Assembly: GCA_026125285.1 (NCBI GenBank) | Contig: JAHCLO010000023.1 | Coordinates: forward strand, 41,855-105,854 | Length of the DNA: 64,000 nucleotides | Direction of reading: 5' to 3' | Source of the DNA: Verrucomicrobiia bacterium | Lineage (GTDB): Bacteria; Verrucomicrobiota; Verrucomicrobiia; Limisphaerales; JADLHS01 | Shown: in pieces, positions 16,768 through 27,400 of the stretch | How the letters are laid out: the number at the start of each line of letters is the position of its first letter | Numbering within the stretch: position 1 is the stretch's first letter | Position numbers and translations under genes: made by a program | The notes under the pieces: model-generated | Database searches by the model: none | What the model saw: the letters and a program-made list of their open reading frames with translations, nothing else | What the model was told of the DNA's origin: nothing

Positions 16768-16935
16768 ACAACATGAATTTGATTTAAGTCAACAGGTGGG
16801 TGAATTGCCGTTCCATATCAACAACCGGATGAGGGGGTACAGCCTCTTTAGCTTCGGCGGAGCGTTGGCCAAGGGCACAGGAATTTCACGCTTGCTTGGG
16901 GAGGCGAACGCCTGTTGCATATTGTTGGCTCGGCG

Positions 16936-18396
16936 ATGCAGGAGTATCCCAAACATTATTGCGGTGTGTTCGGCGTGTTCGGTCATCCGAACGCGGCGGA
17001 ATTAACGTATTACGGACTGTTTGCGCTGCAACACCGAGGGCAGGAGAGCGCCGGCATCGTCACCAGTGATGGCCGCCAATTTCACAAGCACGTCGGCATG
17101 GGGCTGGTGTCGCAGGTCTTCGACGGCGACATCCTTCACAACCTCGTCGGGCATATCGCCGTTGGGCACACGCGTTATTCGACCACGGGATCATCGCATT
17201 TGCGCAACGCCCAGCCGTTGACGGCGGATTGCAGGCGCGGCCAGATCGCCGTGGCGCACAATGGCAATCTGACCAACGCCAACCAGTTGCGCGAAAGTCT
17301 CGAAGCGCGCGGCTCGATTTTTCAAACCTCGGTGGACAGCGAGATTATCGTGCATCTGCTGGCCCAGCCCAGCGTCGGCAACGGCACCAATCATCTGGTC
17401 AATGCCATTCACCGTCTCGAAGGCGCCTATTCCCTCGTCATCATGACCGAGCACGAATTGGTCGGCGTGCGGGATCCGCACGGCTTCCGTCCACTTTGTC
17501 TTGGCAAGCTGGGCGACGGCTGGGTGCTCGCCAGCGAAACCTGTGCGTTGGATTTGATCCATGCCAAGTTTGTCCGCGACGTTGAACCGGGCGAGATCAT
17601 CATCATCAACAAGGATGGACTTACGAGCCTCAAGCCGTTTCCCGATCACGCACAGCGGGCGTTCTGCATTTTTGAGTACGTGTATTTTGCGCGCCCGGAC
17701 AGCCATTTGGCGAATCAGAATGTTTACCGAGTGCGGGTGGAGATGGGCCGCCAACTTGCGCGGGAGCATCTGGTCGCTGCCGACCTCGTGGTCCCCGTGC
17801 CCGACAGCGGCAACTGCGCGGCACTGGGTTATTCCTTGGAGTCGGGCATTCCCTTTGAGATGGCCTTTGTGCGCAATCATTACATCGGCCGCAGCTTCCT
17901 TCAGCCGACCCAGCTCATCCGAGATTTCAACGTGCGCGTGAAGTTGAATCTCATCGGCGAACTGGTGCGGGGCAAGCGCGTGGTGGTGGTGGATGATTCC
18001 ATCGTGCGCGGGACGACGTGCAAGGCGCGCGTGAACAATCTCAAAGAAGCCGGCGCGAGGGAGGTCCACGTCATGGTGAGCTGCCCGCCGCACATGCATC
18101 CGTGCGTGTATGGCATTGATTTTCCCGATCGCAACAAATTAATGGCGGCCAATCATTCCCTGGATGAAATCCGCAAGTACCTCAACGCGGATTCACTGCA
18201 CTATCTTTCCCAGGATGGAATGATCCGCGCGACCGGCCAACCTCGGGACGGGTTTTGCATGGCGTGTTACGACGGTAAATACCCCGTGCCGTACGATCCC
18301 GCTGTCAGCAAGCACATCATCGAGCGCCGCAATGGCCGCGTCATGGGCTTGAGCGACGCCATAGTGGCCGAGCGTGCGCAGATCCCGCTAATTTAA
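16936..18396 (+). CDS. purF: amidophosphoribosyltransferase
   Basis: A short propeptide is followed by the catalytic Cys: MQEYPKHYCGVFGVFGHPNAAELTYYGLFALQHRGQESAGIV. PRTase motif VVVVDDSIVRGTT. C-terminal Cys ligands are present. The track ORF begins at TTG 16915. Confidence 0.95.
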   Translation: MQEYPKHYCGVFGVFGHPNAAELTYYGLFALQHRGQESAGIVTSDGRQFHKHVGMGLVSQVFDGDILHNLVGHIAVGHTRYSTTGSSHLRNAQPLTADCRRGQIAVAHNGNLTNANQLRESLEARGSIFQTSVDSEIIVHLLAQPSVGNGTNHLVNAIHRLEGAYSLVIMTEHELVGVRDPHGFRPLCLGKLGDGWVLASETCALDLIHAKFVRDVEPGEIIIINKDGLTSLKPFPDHAQRAFCIFEYVYFARPDSHLANQNVYRVRVEMGRQLAREHLVAADLVVPVPDSGNCAALGYSLESGIPFEMAFVRNHYIGRSFLQPTQLIRDFNVRVKLNLIGELVRGKRVVVVDDSIVRGTTCKARVNNLKEAGAREVHVMVSCPPHMHPCVYGIDFPDRNKLMAANHSLDEIRKYLNADSLHYLSQDGMIRATGQPRDGFCMACYDGKYPVPYDPAVSKHIIERRNGRVMGLSDAIVAERAQIPLI

Positions 18397-18469
18397 TGCG
18401 TGATGCGTGATGCGTGAAATCGGAGGTTGCCGACCGCAGGTCACGTTTCACGCATCACGCATCACGCAT
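18396..18469. terminator. perfect 24-bp-stem hairpin directly after the purF stop (REP-like, possible terminator)
   Basis: ATGCGTGATGCGTGATGCGTGAAA (18396-18419) pairs with TTTCACGCATCACGCATCACGCAT (18446-18469) across a 26-nt loop. It overlaps the last base of the TAA stop. There is no U-tract, so terminator function is inferred only. Confidence 0.5.
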
Positions 18470-18516
18470 CACCTCCAGACTGGCGCAGTCTCCGACCGCC
18501 CGTTATTCTCCCACCC

Positions 18517-19626
18517 ATGGATTCCCGTGAAGCTCTGGTGGCGCTTAATCTGATCGAGGGTGTTGGCCCGGTGCGGGTGCGACAGTTGTTAGGACATTTC
18601 GATGACGCCTCCAGTATTCTCTCCGCTAGCAAATCCCAACTCCTTCAGGTGCGCGGCGTCGGCGACGACACGGCGGAGGCGATTGCCAACTGGGAAAAGT
18701 CGGTGGACCTCGCGGGGGAATTGAAACGCATCGCGGACTTCGGCTGTCGCGTGGTGATTCCATCCGACGAGGAATACCCCGCCTCCCTCCGCGAAATCTA
18801 CGACCCGCCCATCGTGTTGTATGTTAAAGGCGAACTTACCGCGAAAGACAAGAACGCCGTGGCCATGGTCGGTTCGCGGCAGACCACGCATTACGGCATC
18901 GAAACGGCGCGCAAGTTGGCGTATCAACTCGCCTACGTCGGCGTGACCGTTGTGAGCGGCGGCGCGCGAGGAATTGACACCGCGGCGCACCAGGGCGCGT
19001 TGAGCGCGAAAGGCCGCACCGTCTGCGTGCTCGGCACCGGTATCAATGTTGTGTTCCCCTCGGAGAACCAGGAGTTGTTCGAGCGCATTGCGGCCAATGG
19101 TGCCGTCATAACGCAGTTCCCCTTCAACCGTAACGGCGACCGGCAATCCTTCGCCATCCGCAACCGCATCGTGGCCGGCATGACGCTGGGCACAGTAGTC
19201 GTGGAAGCAAACCTCACGAGCGGTGCGCTCATCACCGCGAACTTTGCCACCGAATACGGCCGGCAGGTGTTTGCCGTACCCGGACGCATTGACTCGCCGC
19301 GCAGCAAAGGCTGTCACGACCTTATCAAGAAGGGCGCCAAACTGTGTGAAGGCGCGGAAGACATCCTGAGCGAGTTCGAGTATTTGTTTCCCGCCAGCAA
19401 TCGTCCGCCTTCCCCAAGTGAAACCGGCGTGCTCCCGGCGCTTGAGCTTTCGGAGAACGAACAGAAAGTCTTCGACACCCTGCGGAGCGAAGAGGAGACG
19501 AGCATTGACGAAGCGATCCGCAAGAGCGGCCTGCCCAGTTCCGCCGTGAGCGTGGCCCTGTTGAGTCTGGAAATGAAGCGGGTCGTGAAACAGATGCCGG
19601 GAAAGCTGTTCGTCCGCAACCGTTGA
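18517..19626 (+). CDS. dprA: DNA-processing protein DprA (Smf)
   Basis: LNLIEGVGPVRVRQLL, VVSGGARGIDTAAHQGAL, TVCVLGTGINVVFPSEN and a C-terminal winged-helix-like tail. Start at ATG 18517. The track ORF start at 18427 lies inside the hairpin repeat. Confidence 0.9.
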   Translation: MDSREALVALNLIEGVGPVRVRQLLGHFDDASSILSASKSQLLQVRGVGDDTAEAIANWEKSVDLAGELKRIADFGCRVVIPSDEEYPASLREIYDPPIVLYVKGELTAKDKNAVAMVGSRQTTHYGIETARKLAYQLAYVGVTVVSGGARGIDTAAHQGALSAKGRTVCVLGTGINVVFPSENQELFERIAANGAVITQFPFNRNGDRQSFAIRNRIVAGMTLGTVVVEANLTSGALITANFATEYGRQVFAVPGRIDSPRSKGCHDLIKKGAKLCEGAEDILSEFEYLFPASNRPPSPSETGVLPALELSENEQKVFDTLRSEEETSIDEAIRKSGLPSSAVSVALLSLEMKRVVKQMPGKLFVRNR

Positions 19627-19645
19627 ATCATGTCCTGAATGTAGG

Positions 19646-20596
19646 TCAGCCCCGGATGAGTTGTTCCAATTCGTGTTCGTCCATGTCCGTGCGGATTTGC
19701 ATCCAGAGCGGGAGGTGATCGGAAAGTTGATAGGTGAATTTTTCCTTCGTCATGCCCTCCGGGAAAAGTTCGGCGATGTGCGCTTCGCTTACGAAGAAAT
19801 CCAGTGCGCCGCCAACGTTGGCGAATTCTTCCGGGTAGATCGGGTAGTGCAGTATCTGGTCGTAGCGTTTGTCCTTGGCCAGATTAGTCCCGTGCGCTCC
19901 TAATAGCGCCTTGGGAATTTCCAGGCCGTGCTTGGTAATGGCCTTGAACAGCACGCTGGTGCGGGAGAGGATGTTGAAGTCGCCCATCACCATGAGGTCC
20001 TTGTCCTCGTTGTGCTTTTCGCGGCGCTTGGCTTCGATCCAGTCGGCCAGCATTTCCAACTCCGCGCGGCGGGCCTCGGTGTTGTCCCCCCAGCGGATGT
20101 GCGCGGAGAGGACGGTGAAATCGAAGTTGCCTGCCCGAAACGATGCCAGGTAGGGCGCCCGCCAGAAGGATTGCTCCGGCAGGTACTCGAACCCCTTCTT
20201 CTTGCGCGGTGCGTTGGCCTCGGCGGCCAGACCGTTGAAGACCACGGCCCGTTTGTCGTAGATGAAGGCGAGCCGCTCGCGATTGCCGCCGGCATCAGGG
20301 ATCATGTCGGAGTACACCGCGCGCCAATACGGTCCAAGGATCTTCAGCACACGCCCCAGGTCGGTGAGGTCGTCCCGCAGCTCGACGATCCCGATCAGGT
20401 CGAATTGGCCGAGGATTTCCGCGAGGTAATGAACCGCGGGTTGCGTGCGGCGCGTCTTGCCCAACTCGCGGATATTCCAAGTGGCGAGGTTCAGCGTTTC
20501 ATCCAGTTTCGACGATGGGATTTTGGCCGCCGCGATGCGTTGTTTGAGGGCGAGGAGGCCCTGGGCGATTTCCGGGGAGACTTTGCCGTGGTGCAT
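19646..20596 (-). CDS. endonuclease/exonuclease/phosphatase (EEP) family protein
   Basis: LNLATWNIRELGK, IGIVELRD, TVLSAHIRWG, LMVMGDFNI and SDHLPLWMQI match EEP catalytic motifs. Confidence 0.85.
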   Translation of the reverse strand: MHHGKVSPEIAQGLLALKQRIAAAKIPSSKLDETLNLATWNIRELGKTRRTQPAVHYLAEILGQFDLIGIVELRDDLTDLGRVLKILGPYWRAVYSDMIPDAGGNRERLAFIYDKRAVVFNGLAAEANAPRKKKGFEYLPEQSFWRAPYLASFRAGNFDFTVLSAHIRWGDNTEARRAELEMLADWIEAKRREKHNEDKDLMVMGDFNILSRTSVLFKAITKHGLEIPKALLGAHGTNLAKDKRYDQILHYPIYPEEFANVGGALDFFVSEAHIAELFPEGMTKEKFTYQLSDHLPLWMQIRTDMDEHELEQLIRG

Positions 20597-21263
20597 GATG
20601 GAGGAGATTTGGTTGCGGGAAAAGTACGAGGCAAGAGCCGCAATTCAAGGCATAATCTTCGATGGTCAAACACGTGCGGTCACGCCATGAGCCGGGGAGT
20701 TGCCCAGGCGTCTCGGCCGGTCGAATGGCAACGAACGGGCCGTATGCCCGCGCCGATTCCATCTCCTCGAGGCACGCCGTGAACCTCCAACGCTCCGGAC
20801 GGAAATTCCTGTGGTGCCCGTTGTCGTTCTTACCGCATTGCCAAGCGCTCAGATGATCCACTTCACCTCCCATCTCGCTTGGTGGGAATGACGCCAGCAA
20901 TTGACGTGCGTCGAACCACTCCTGCCTGGCGCTTAATCCTAATCCGAAGCAACGCTTAATTGCCGGGCGCGGAGAAGGTGATTTCGACACATTTTACGCT
21001 TGCAGGATTTTGCATTCGGGTAGAAAACCGGATTGCCGGTCGAGCCTGGTTGGTGAATCGGGGTTGCTCATGAAAGCCAGAGCATCGTGGTCTTCAGGTC
21101 GGGTGACGTGCATTGTTTCCTTCGCCCGCGATGGGGATTGCTTGCGCCTCCACCTCGCCCTTGACTCCGCCCAGGTCGCGCCGGCCGGCGGACCTGTTTT
21201 CCGACTCTCACTTCCGGTCGGTGGTCGAGACCCGCCGTGACGCAATTCAACCTGCCTGGATCC

Positions 21264-24200
21264 ATGAAATCATTCAGACTTCCAATTATCCTTGCCGCGT
21301 TACTCATCAACGTCGGTGAGCCTGTCAAAACAGATGCCGCCGTGTGGTTCGTCCGCACCAATGGCGACGACGTCATGCCGGGCACCAGTTGGCCCGACGC
21401 CAAGCGCACAGTCGGCTCTGCCCTGAACGCGGCCGGCGCTGGCGATGAAATCTGGGTGGCGCAAGGCACGTACGCCGGCCACCTGATATTGAAACCGGAC
21501 GTGGCGCTGTACGGCGGTTTCGCCGGTGTCGAGGTGACACGCGTCGAGCGCAATTGGACCAATCATCTCTCGATACTCTGGGGAACGACCAACCAGGTGG
21601 TGGTCAGTATTACCAACTCTGGTCCAGCGACTCGGTTGGATGGATTCACGATCGGCGGCGGCATTGGCATCCACGGTGGTGGCATCTCCGTGGTCGGCTC
21701 GGGTCCAATCATTGCGAACAACACCATCCGCAACAACATTACCGACGGTGCGGGCGCGGGCATCAGCATCTGGGGTTTCCATTTGATCAGCGGCACCGAG
21801 GCATATTTCCCTGTCATCACGAATAACGTCATCGTTGACAACCAGGCCATCAACGACGAAGGGGACGGCGCGGGCATCGCGGTGGTCGGGTCGTCGCCCG
21901 TGATTGCGTGGAATGTGATCGCGCGTAACACCGCCACGCGCAACGGCGGCGGCATCGCCTGCTGGCGGCACTCCTTTCCGGTCATTGCCAACAACTTCAT
22001 CGTCGCCAACTCGGCGAGTTACGATGAACTCACGGCCAGCGCGGGCGGCGGCGGCATCTTTGCCTCCGCGACGGACCTGGACGGTCGGCCAATTCCTTTC
22101 GCCATCAGCGCGCCCGTCATCGTCAACAACGTCATTGCGGCCAACGGCGGCAACGATGGCGGTGGTATCTCGGTCGTTGACTCGCTCTATGGCGCGGCCA
22201 CCATCGCCAACAACACCATTGTGGCCAACAACGGTGCCGGGGTTTATTGGGCCAACACCTCGCCCACCAACGACAACAACATCGTCGCGTTCAACGCGCG
22301 GGGTTTCGAGCGCAGTCGCTACTTCACGAACGAGGCGGTCATCCGCTTCAACAACGTGTTCGGCAACACCGTGCTGGGCGCGCCGGCCAATTATCACATC
22401 ACTGCCGACCGCACCGGCACGGAAGGAAACATTTCCGCCGACCCGAATTTTGCCAATTTCGCCATTGGGGATTTTCATATCCAGCCGGATTCGCCCTGTG
22501 TGAACGCGGGCAGCACGGCGCTGGCGCCAAGCGGTTGGCCGGATGCAGACAGCCAGGCGCGCGTGCAGGGCAGCGCGGTGGACATCGGCGCCGATGAATC
22601 CGACGGCACGACCTGGAATGTGCCGACGCCGGTGGTGCGTGTCACTCCAACCGGCGACGATTCGGATGGTAGCACTTGGGCCAAGGCGAAGAAGACGGTG
22701 ACCGGCGGCATCACCCAGGCTGCTGCGACCGGCGGCGAGGTTTGGGTGGCGCAGGGAATGTATCCCGAGCGCGTCGAACCGCGGGCCTTCGTGCGGCTGT
22801 ATGGCGGCTTTGCCGGCAGCGAGACCAATCGCAACCAGCGCAATCCCGCCGCACTGGCCACCATTCTGGACGGCGGGGGCACGGCGCCGGTCGTTTACTT
22901 CCGCAATGCCGGGTACCGGGTGAGCGCGCTCGACGGCTTCATCGTGCAGGGTGGCGGCATTTTCACCGGCGGCGATGTGTTTCACCCCGACCTGTCCCGC
23001 CGCACGAACAACCTTCTCGGCGGCGGCATCTACTGTCGGGTCAGCGGGCCGATGATCGCGAACAGCGTGATTCGCTCCAACTCACTGGGTAGTCCGTTCA
23101 ATTCCTTCAAGGTGTTGGGCGGCGGATTATACGCTTACCTGAGCCATGCCGAAATCACCGGCAACACCTTCGCCCACAACGAAGTGTTGAACACGTTCGA
23201 TGGCAGCGGGGGAGGCCTTTACAGCTTGCGATCCCTCGCCCGGATCGAGCGGAATGTGTTCCGCGATAACCGGGCGGAGAACGGCGCTGCCCTATACGCT
23301 TCCCTGTCCTCGCTTCACATCGTGCGCAACCTCATCGAAAACAATTCGATGTACAACACCTATCCGCTGCCGGTCTATCTCGGGTCGGACAGCGGCGCAA
23401 TCACACTTTCCTTCGCGCCCGATTTCGTCATCGAGGCCAACACGATCACGGGCAATGTCGCCGCGTTTGGCGGCGGCTTGAACCTGGCCAGTTGCTGGGG
23501 CGGGCGGATCGTCAACAATCTCATCCTCGGGAACCGGAGCTATGACCCGACTGCGGGCGGAGCGGGATGGGGCGGGGGTGCTTACTGCATGATCAACCAA
23601 AACGCCACCAACGATCTGGTCATGGCGCACAACACGTTCGCGGGAAACACGGCCACGGCCTCCTTCGGCGGCGAAGTCGGCGGCGCCCTCGCGGCCACCA
23701 TCCTGACCAACAAGCTCGTCCTGGCCAATAACATCATCGTCTCCAACTCCTCCGGTATCTGGCGCCATCCCGGTTCGTTCGCCGCGGCCAGCCTGCATCA
23801 CAATTGCGTGTTCAACAGCAATGCCAATAATTACATCAACCTTGCGCCCGGTCCATCCGACCTCCAATCCGACCCGCAGTTCGTGTATCCCGCCACTGGC
23901 GACTTTCGGTTGCTGACCGCCTCGCCCTGCATTGATGCGGGGACGAACCTGTTCGCGGCGCCAGCGGACTTCGACGGCGTGCCGCGTCCGCTGGACGGCA
24001 ATGCCGACGGCACCGCCCGGTGGGACATCGGCGCGTTTGAGTTCGCCCATGCGCAGGTGGACGCGGATGGCGATGGGATGTCCGACGCCGCGGAGGTCGT
24101 TGCCGGGACGAATCCCACTGATGCGGAGTCCGTGCTCAAACTGAGTGCGACCCTGCTTCCCTTGGAGAATCGGGTCGCGCTTCGCTGGCTTTCGGTGACA

Positions 24201-24362
24201 GGCCGGACTTACACGCTCGATTACGGAGACTCCTTCGGCACGACAGGAAGTTGGCATCCGCTGATGCCAAACCTGCCTGGAGTCGGAGAAATGATGGAAT
24301 ATCGCGACGTGCCGGTGGGACCAACTCAGCGTTACTATCGCCTGGGGGTGAGACGGGATTGA
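21264..24362 (+). CDS. secreted right-handed parallel beta-helix repeat protein with TSP3-like motif and C-terminal beta-sandwich tail
   Basis: Signal peptide MKSFRLPIILAALLINV. N-terminal pattern VRTNGDD..GTSW..A.RT...AL.AA.AGDEIWVAQGTY occurs twice. Many NN(I/V)I..N / GGGI beta-helix rungs. VDADGDGMSDAAEVVAGTNPTDAESVL, then the tail ..LRWLSVTGRTYTLDYG....W.PL....RYYRLGV. Confidence 0.85.
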   Translation: MKSFRLPIILAALLINVGEPVKTDAAVWFVRTNGDDVMPGTSWPDAKRTVGSALNAAGAGDEIWVAQGTYAGHLILKPDVALYGGFAGVEVTRVERNWTNHLSILWGTTNQVVVSITNSGPATRLDGFTIGGGIGIHGGGISVVGSGPIIANNTIRNNITDGAGAGISIWGFHLISGTEAYFPVITNNVIVDNQAINDEGDGAGIAVVGSSPVIAWNVIARNTATRNGGGIACWRHSFPVIANNFIVANSASYDELTASAGGGGIFASATDLDGRPIPFAISAPVIVNNVIAANGGNDGGGISVVDSLYGAATIANNTIVANNGAGVYWANTSPTNDNNIVAFNARGFERSRYFTNEAVIRFNNVFGNTVLGAPANYHITADRTGTEGNISADPNFANFAIGDFHIQPDSPCVNAGSTALAPSGWPDADSQARVQGSAVDIGADESDGTTWNVPTPVVRVTPTGDDSDGSTWAKAKKTVTGGITQAAATGGEVWVAQGMYPERVEPRAFVRLYGGFAGSETNRNQRNPAALATILDGGGTAPVVYFRNAGYRVSALDGFIVQGGGIFTGGDVFHPDLSRRTNNLLGGGIYCRVSGPMIANSVIRSNSLGSPFNSFKVLGGGLYAYLSHAEITGNTFAHNEVLNTFDGSGGGLYSLRSLARIERNVFRDNRAENGAALYASLSSLHIVRNLIENNSMYNTYPLPVYLGSDSGAITLSFAPDFVIEANTITGNVAAFGGGLNLASCWGGRIVNNLILGNRSYDPTAGGAGWGGGAYCMINQNATNDLVMAHNTFAGNTATASFGGEVGGALAATILTNKLVLANNIIVSNSSGIWRHPGSFAAASLHHNCVFNSNANNYINLAPGPSDLQSDPQFVYPATGDFRLLTASPCIDAGTNLFAAPADFDGVPRPLDGNADGTARWDIGAFEFAHAQVDADGDGMSDAAEVVAGTNPTDAESVLKLSATLLPLENRVALRWLSVTGRTYTLDYGDSFGTTGSWHPLMPNLPGVGEMMEYRDVPVGPTQRYYRLGVRRD

Positions 24363-24456
24363 GTCCCAGCGAGAACGCCGGCAAGTAGTCGGTGTCGGTC
24401 GTTGTCATCCGCGGCTCGCCGGGAACGGGATGAGCGCAAGGCGTGCAACGGCGACT

Positions 24457-27400
24457 TCACTGCTGCCTGACGGAGTTGGAGCCAGTCCCGAACCTGCCGC
24501 CAGCCCGTTCAAGCATGGCCGCCAACGAGGGATGGTTGGGTAAATCCAACCATGCCGGCCGGGCTGGAATGAGATTTGCCAGTTGGGGCAATCCCATGCT
24601 GCGAAAGGATGCCGCCAACTCAACCCCTGGCGAACTCAGCGGCGAACCCCATCGCTGGGACATCGGCATGCCGGGGCGGGTCAAATCCAGCGGGGTCTGG
24701 CCGAATGAATTGGTCGCGTTGACGTTTGCCCCTGCTTTAAGCAGAAGCGCCACGATATTCGTCTGACCCGCCGCCACGGCGAAATGCAGTGCGGTGTTCC
24801 CCGGCTGGAGATTGCTGATCCGCATGCGCGAGGGCTCACTGAAAACCGGAATGTCCGGCCTGGCTCCCAGTTCGAGCAGCAGAGCAGCGACGGCCATCGA
24901 ACCGCGTGCCGTTGCATAATGCAGCGGTGTGCAACCGGAATTGTCCCTTAATTCTGCGTTTGCCCCGTGTTGAATCAGCAGCCTGATGGCATTGGTGCGG
25001 TTGCAGGCGGCGGCTACGTGTAGCGGAGAAATCCCCGTCCGGCCAGCGGGAATGTCTGGTGACACTTGTTCCTCCAGGAGCACTTTGAGAATAGCCGGCC
25101 GCTCCAGCGCAACCGCCAGATGCATAGGCGTGAATTCAAACTGGTTGCCCTCCCGGCCAAGCGATGGCTTGAGCGCAAGCAATCCGACCGCCTTTTCCGG
25201 CAAGTCCAGCACGACGGCGTCAAACAAGTTTTCACTGGCGCCCCGGGCACGCAGCATGGCCACAGCGGCGTCTCGCTTGTGCAACAGCGCGATCCCCAAA
25301 GGCGAAAGACCCGAGCGGGCGCGCGCCTCCACGTCCGCGCCGGCAGACAAGAGGCTTCCTAGGATGGTGACGTCGCCCGATTCGGCTGCGAGATGGATCA
25401 ACTGCTTGCCTTGAGATGCGTTGGTGAGCGTCGCTGGATTCCGCGCCAGAAGGTCTTTCAGCACATCTGCGTGCCCCAACAAAGTGGCTGAAACAGCATC
25501 CCACCGGGCGCCCTTTTGAAGCAGCGCGGCAGCCAGGTTTGTTTGACCGAACCGAGATGCGATGCCCAAAGCGGTTTCGCCAGCGCGGCTGGTAGCGTTC
25601 AAGAGGCTCGGGTCCGTCTTCAACGCACGCTCTAGCGTTTCAATCTCTCCCCGCTGCGCTGCGCTCGCCAGTTCGGCGGGGAGGCCCAGATTGAAGCGAG
25701 CAAACGGGCTGGAATTGCGAAGGCCAAGTTGCTGGGGCGTTTCACCGGCGGCGTTGGTGACATCCAGACGCGCGCCCCGGCTGCGCAGCCAGTCGAACAC
25801 GTCCGTTGCGCCCGCTCGCGCGGCGACATGCAGCGGCGTGTCTCCTGCGCGATTGGTGGCGTTCACGTCGAGCGAGGCAAAATGACTGGCGGCTTCAGGA
25901 ACGAAAAACATGGGGCTCGGGTGACCCATTCGTGCGAGGTAATGAAGGGCGGTGTTACCCTGGTTATCAGCAGCGTCGGCGTTGGCGCCGGCGGCGACCA
26001 ATTGACGCAGACTCGCCTCCGCCGCTCGCCAGGGCCATTTCCCCGCCAGCGAGCACAGGAGCGGGGTGCGTCCAGCCTCGTCGCGAAGATTCGGATCCGC
26101 GCCTGCGGCGAGCAACGCCTCGGTGGCTTCGCGGATGAAGATGGAGTCAGACAGCACCAGAACATGGAGCGGAGTCAACCCTTCGTTGTCCTGCGCGTTC
26201 ACGTTGGGTTTGGCATTCAAGATCAGCGCAAACGGCTGACTGTCGCCCCAGCCGCCGAGTCTTTCCACGGCGGCATGGAGAGGCGTGCGGCCCAAGTTGT
26301 TCGTGGCGTTGAGATCGGCGCCGGCCGCGATCAATGCCCCGGCGTTGTCGCCCAGGATTTCGCGCGCGGCGCGGTGCAGCCCGGTCTCGCCGTTTGCGTT
26401 GCGCTCGTCGAGCAGTCCGTCGGCGCGGCCCAACAGTTTCAGCAACGAAGTACGCTCTTCCGTGAACGCCGAGGTGGAAGAACCCAAGATTAGCTGCGAC
26501 ACGGATTTCCCGGCCTTGTTCGTGACGGCTGCGTCCGCCCCGTTCGCCAAAAGAAACCCGATGGCCTGCACCAAATAGCGCGGCCATCCCTGATCCCCTC
26601 CTTCCGTTAGTAATCGCAAATACTCCGCTTTGCGCGGGTCTTGACTGTGACGCGTGAACCAAGCCGCTGACGGCCTGCCCGCGATCGTGTAGCCCCACTT
26701 GCCGCCGATTTGAAGGAGGGCCGTGTTGCCGTCAGGATCAGTCGCATTGATGTCCGCTCCCTTGTCGAGAAGGAACGCCGCGGCGCCCAATTGCCCGTGT
26801 TGCATCGCCAAGTGAAACGGCGTGAAGCCCAGCTCGTTGCGCATTTCCAGGTTTTCGGATGTGGCAAACTCAGTAAGGGCTACGATGTTCCCACTCGCGG
26901 CGGCCTCGTGGATTGTCATCGCGACACCGCGATCTGGTGGTGGCCCCTTCGTACTTCCAAGCAGCAGACGGATGGTTTCGGTTTGTTTCGCCTGCATGGC
27001 GGAATCGAGCGGCGTCCAATTATTTGTGTCGCGCGCGTCGGTCGGGGCATTCGCAGCGAGCAGACATTCCACTTGTTTGGAAAAGCCGATCCCGGCGGCG
27101 ATATGCAACGGAGTCTGTCCTGCTGAATTGGTTGCGCCGGCAAGAGCGCCGGCTTCGAGCCAGAACGAGGTTAGGGAAAGGCGATCCGTGCGCACCGCCC
27201 AGTGCAAGGGAGTTTCACCGAGGTAATCGCGTGCGCCCGCCAGGTTCGGATTTGCGGAAGCCAGGCGCCTTGTCTCGTCCAAATCGCCGAATCCCGTGGC
27301 TGCAAACACGTCGTATTCCGCGCCGTTCTCGCGAAGCAGATCGCGGACTTGCGCCCAGTTGGTTGCGGAAGCATCCGGGTGTCCAGCCGACGACGCCGCC

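Noticed and set aside
16770-16935. Purine or ZTP-type riboswitch upstream of purF
   Set aside because: I could not find the conserved ZTP (GGGTCGTGAC...CCGCCTGGGCA-like) or purine-riboswitch cores. It is only an AT-richer promoter-like region.
20499-20990. 163-aa minus ORF upstream of the EEP gene
   Set aside because: It overlaps the EEP gene start by 98 nt, is rich in rare A/T-ending codons and has no motif. It is kept only as part of the intergenic-region finding.
21300-22985. 561-aa minus ORF
   Set aside because: It is antisense to the beta-helix protein gene and has no motifs. The + frame has a signal peptide and regular beta-helix rungs.
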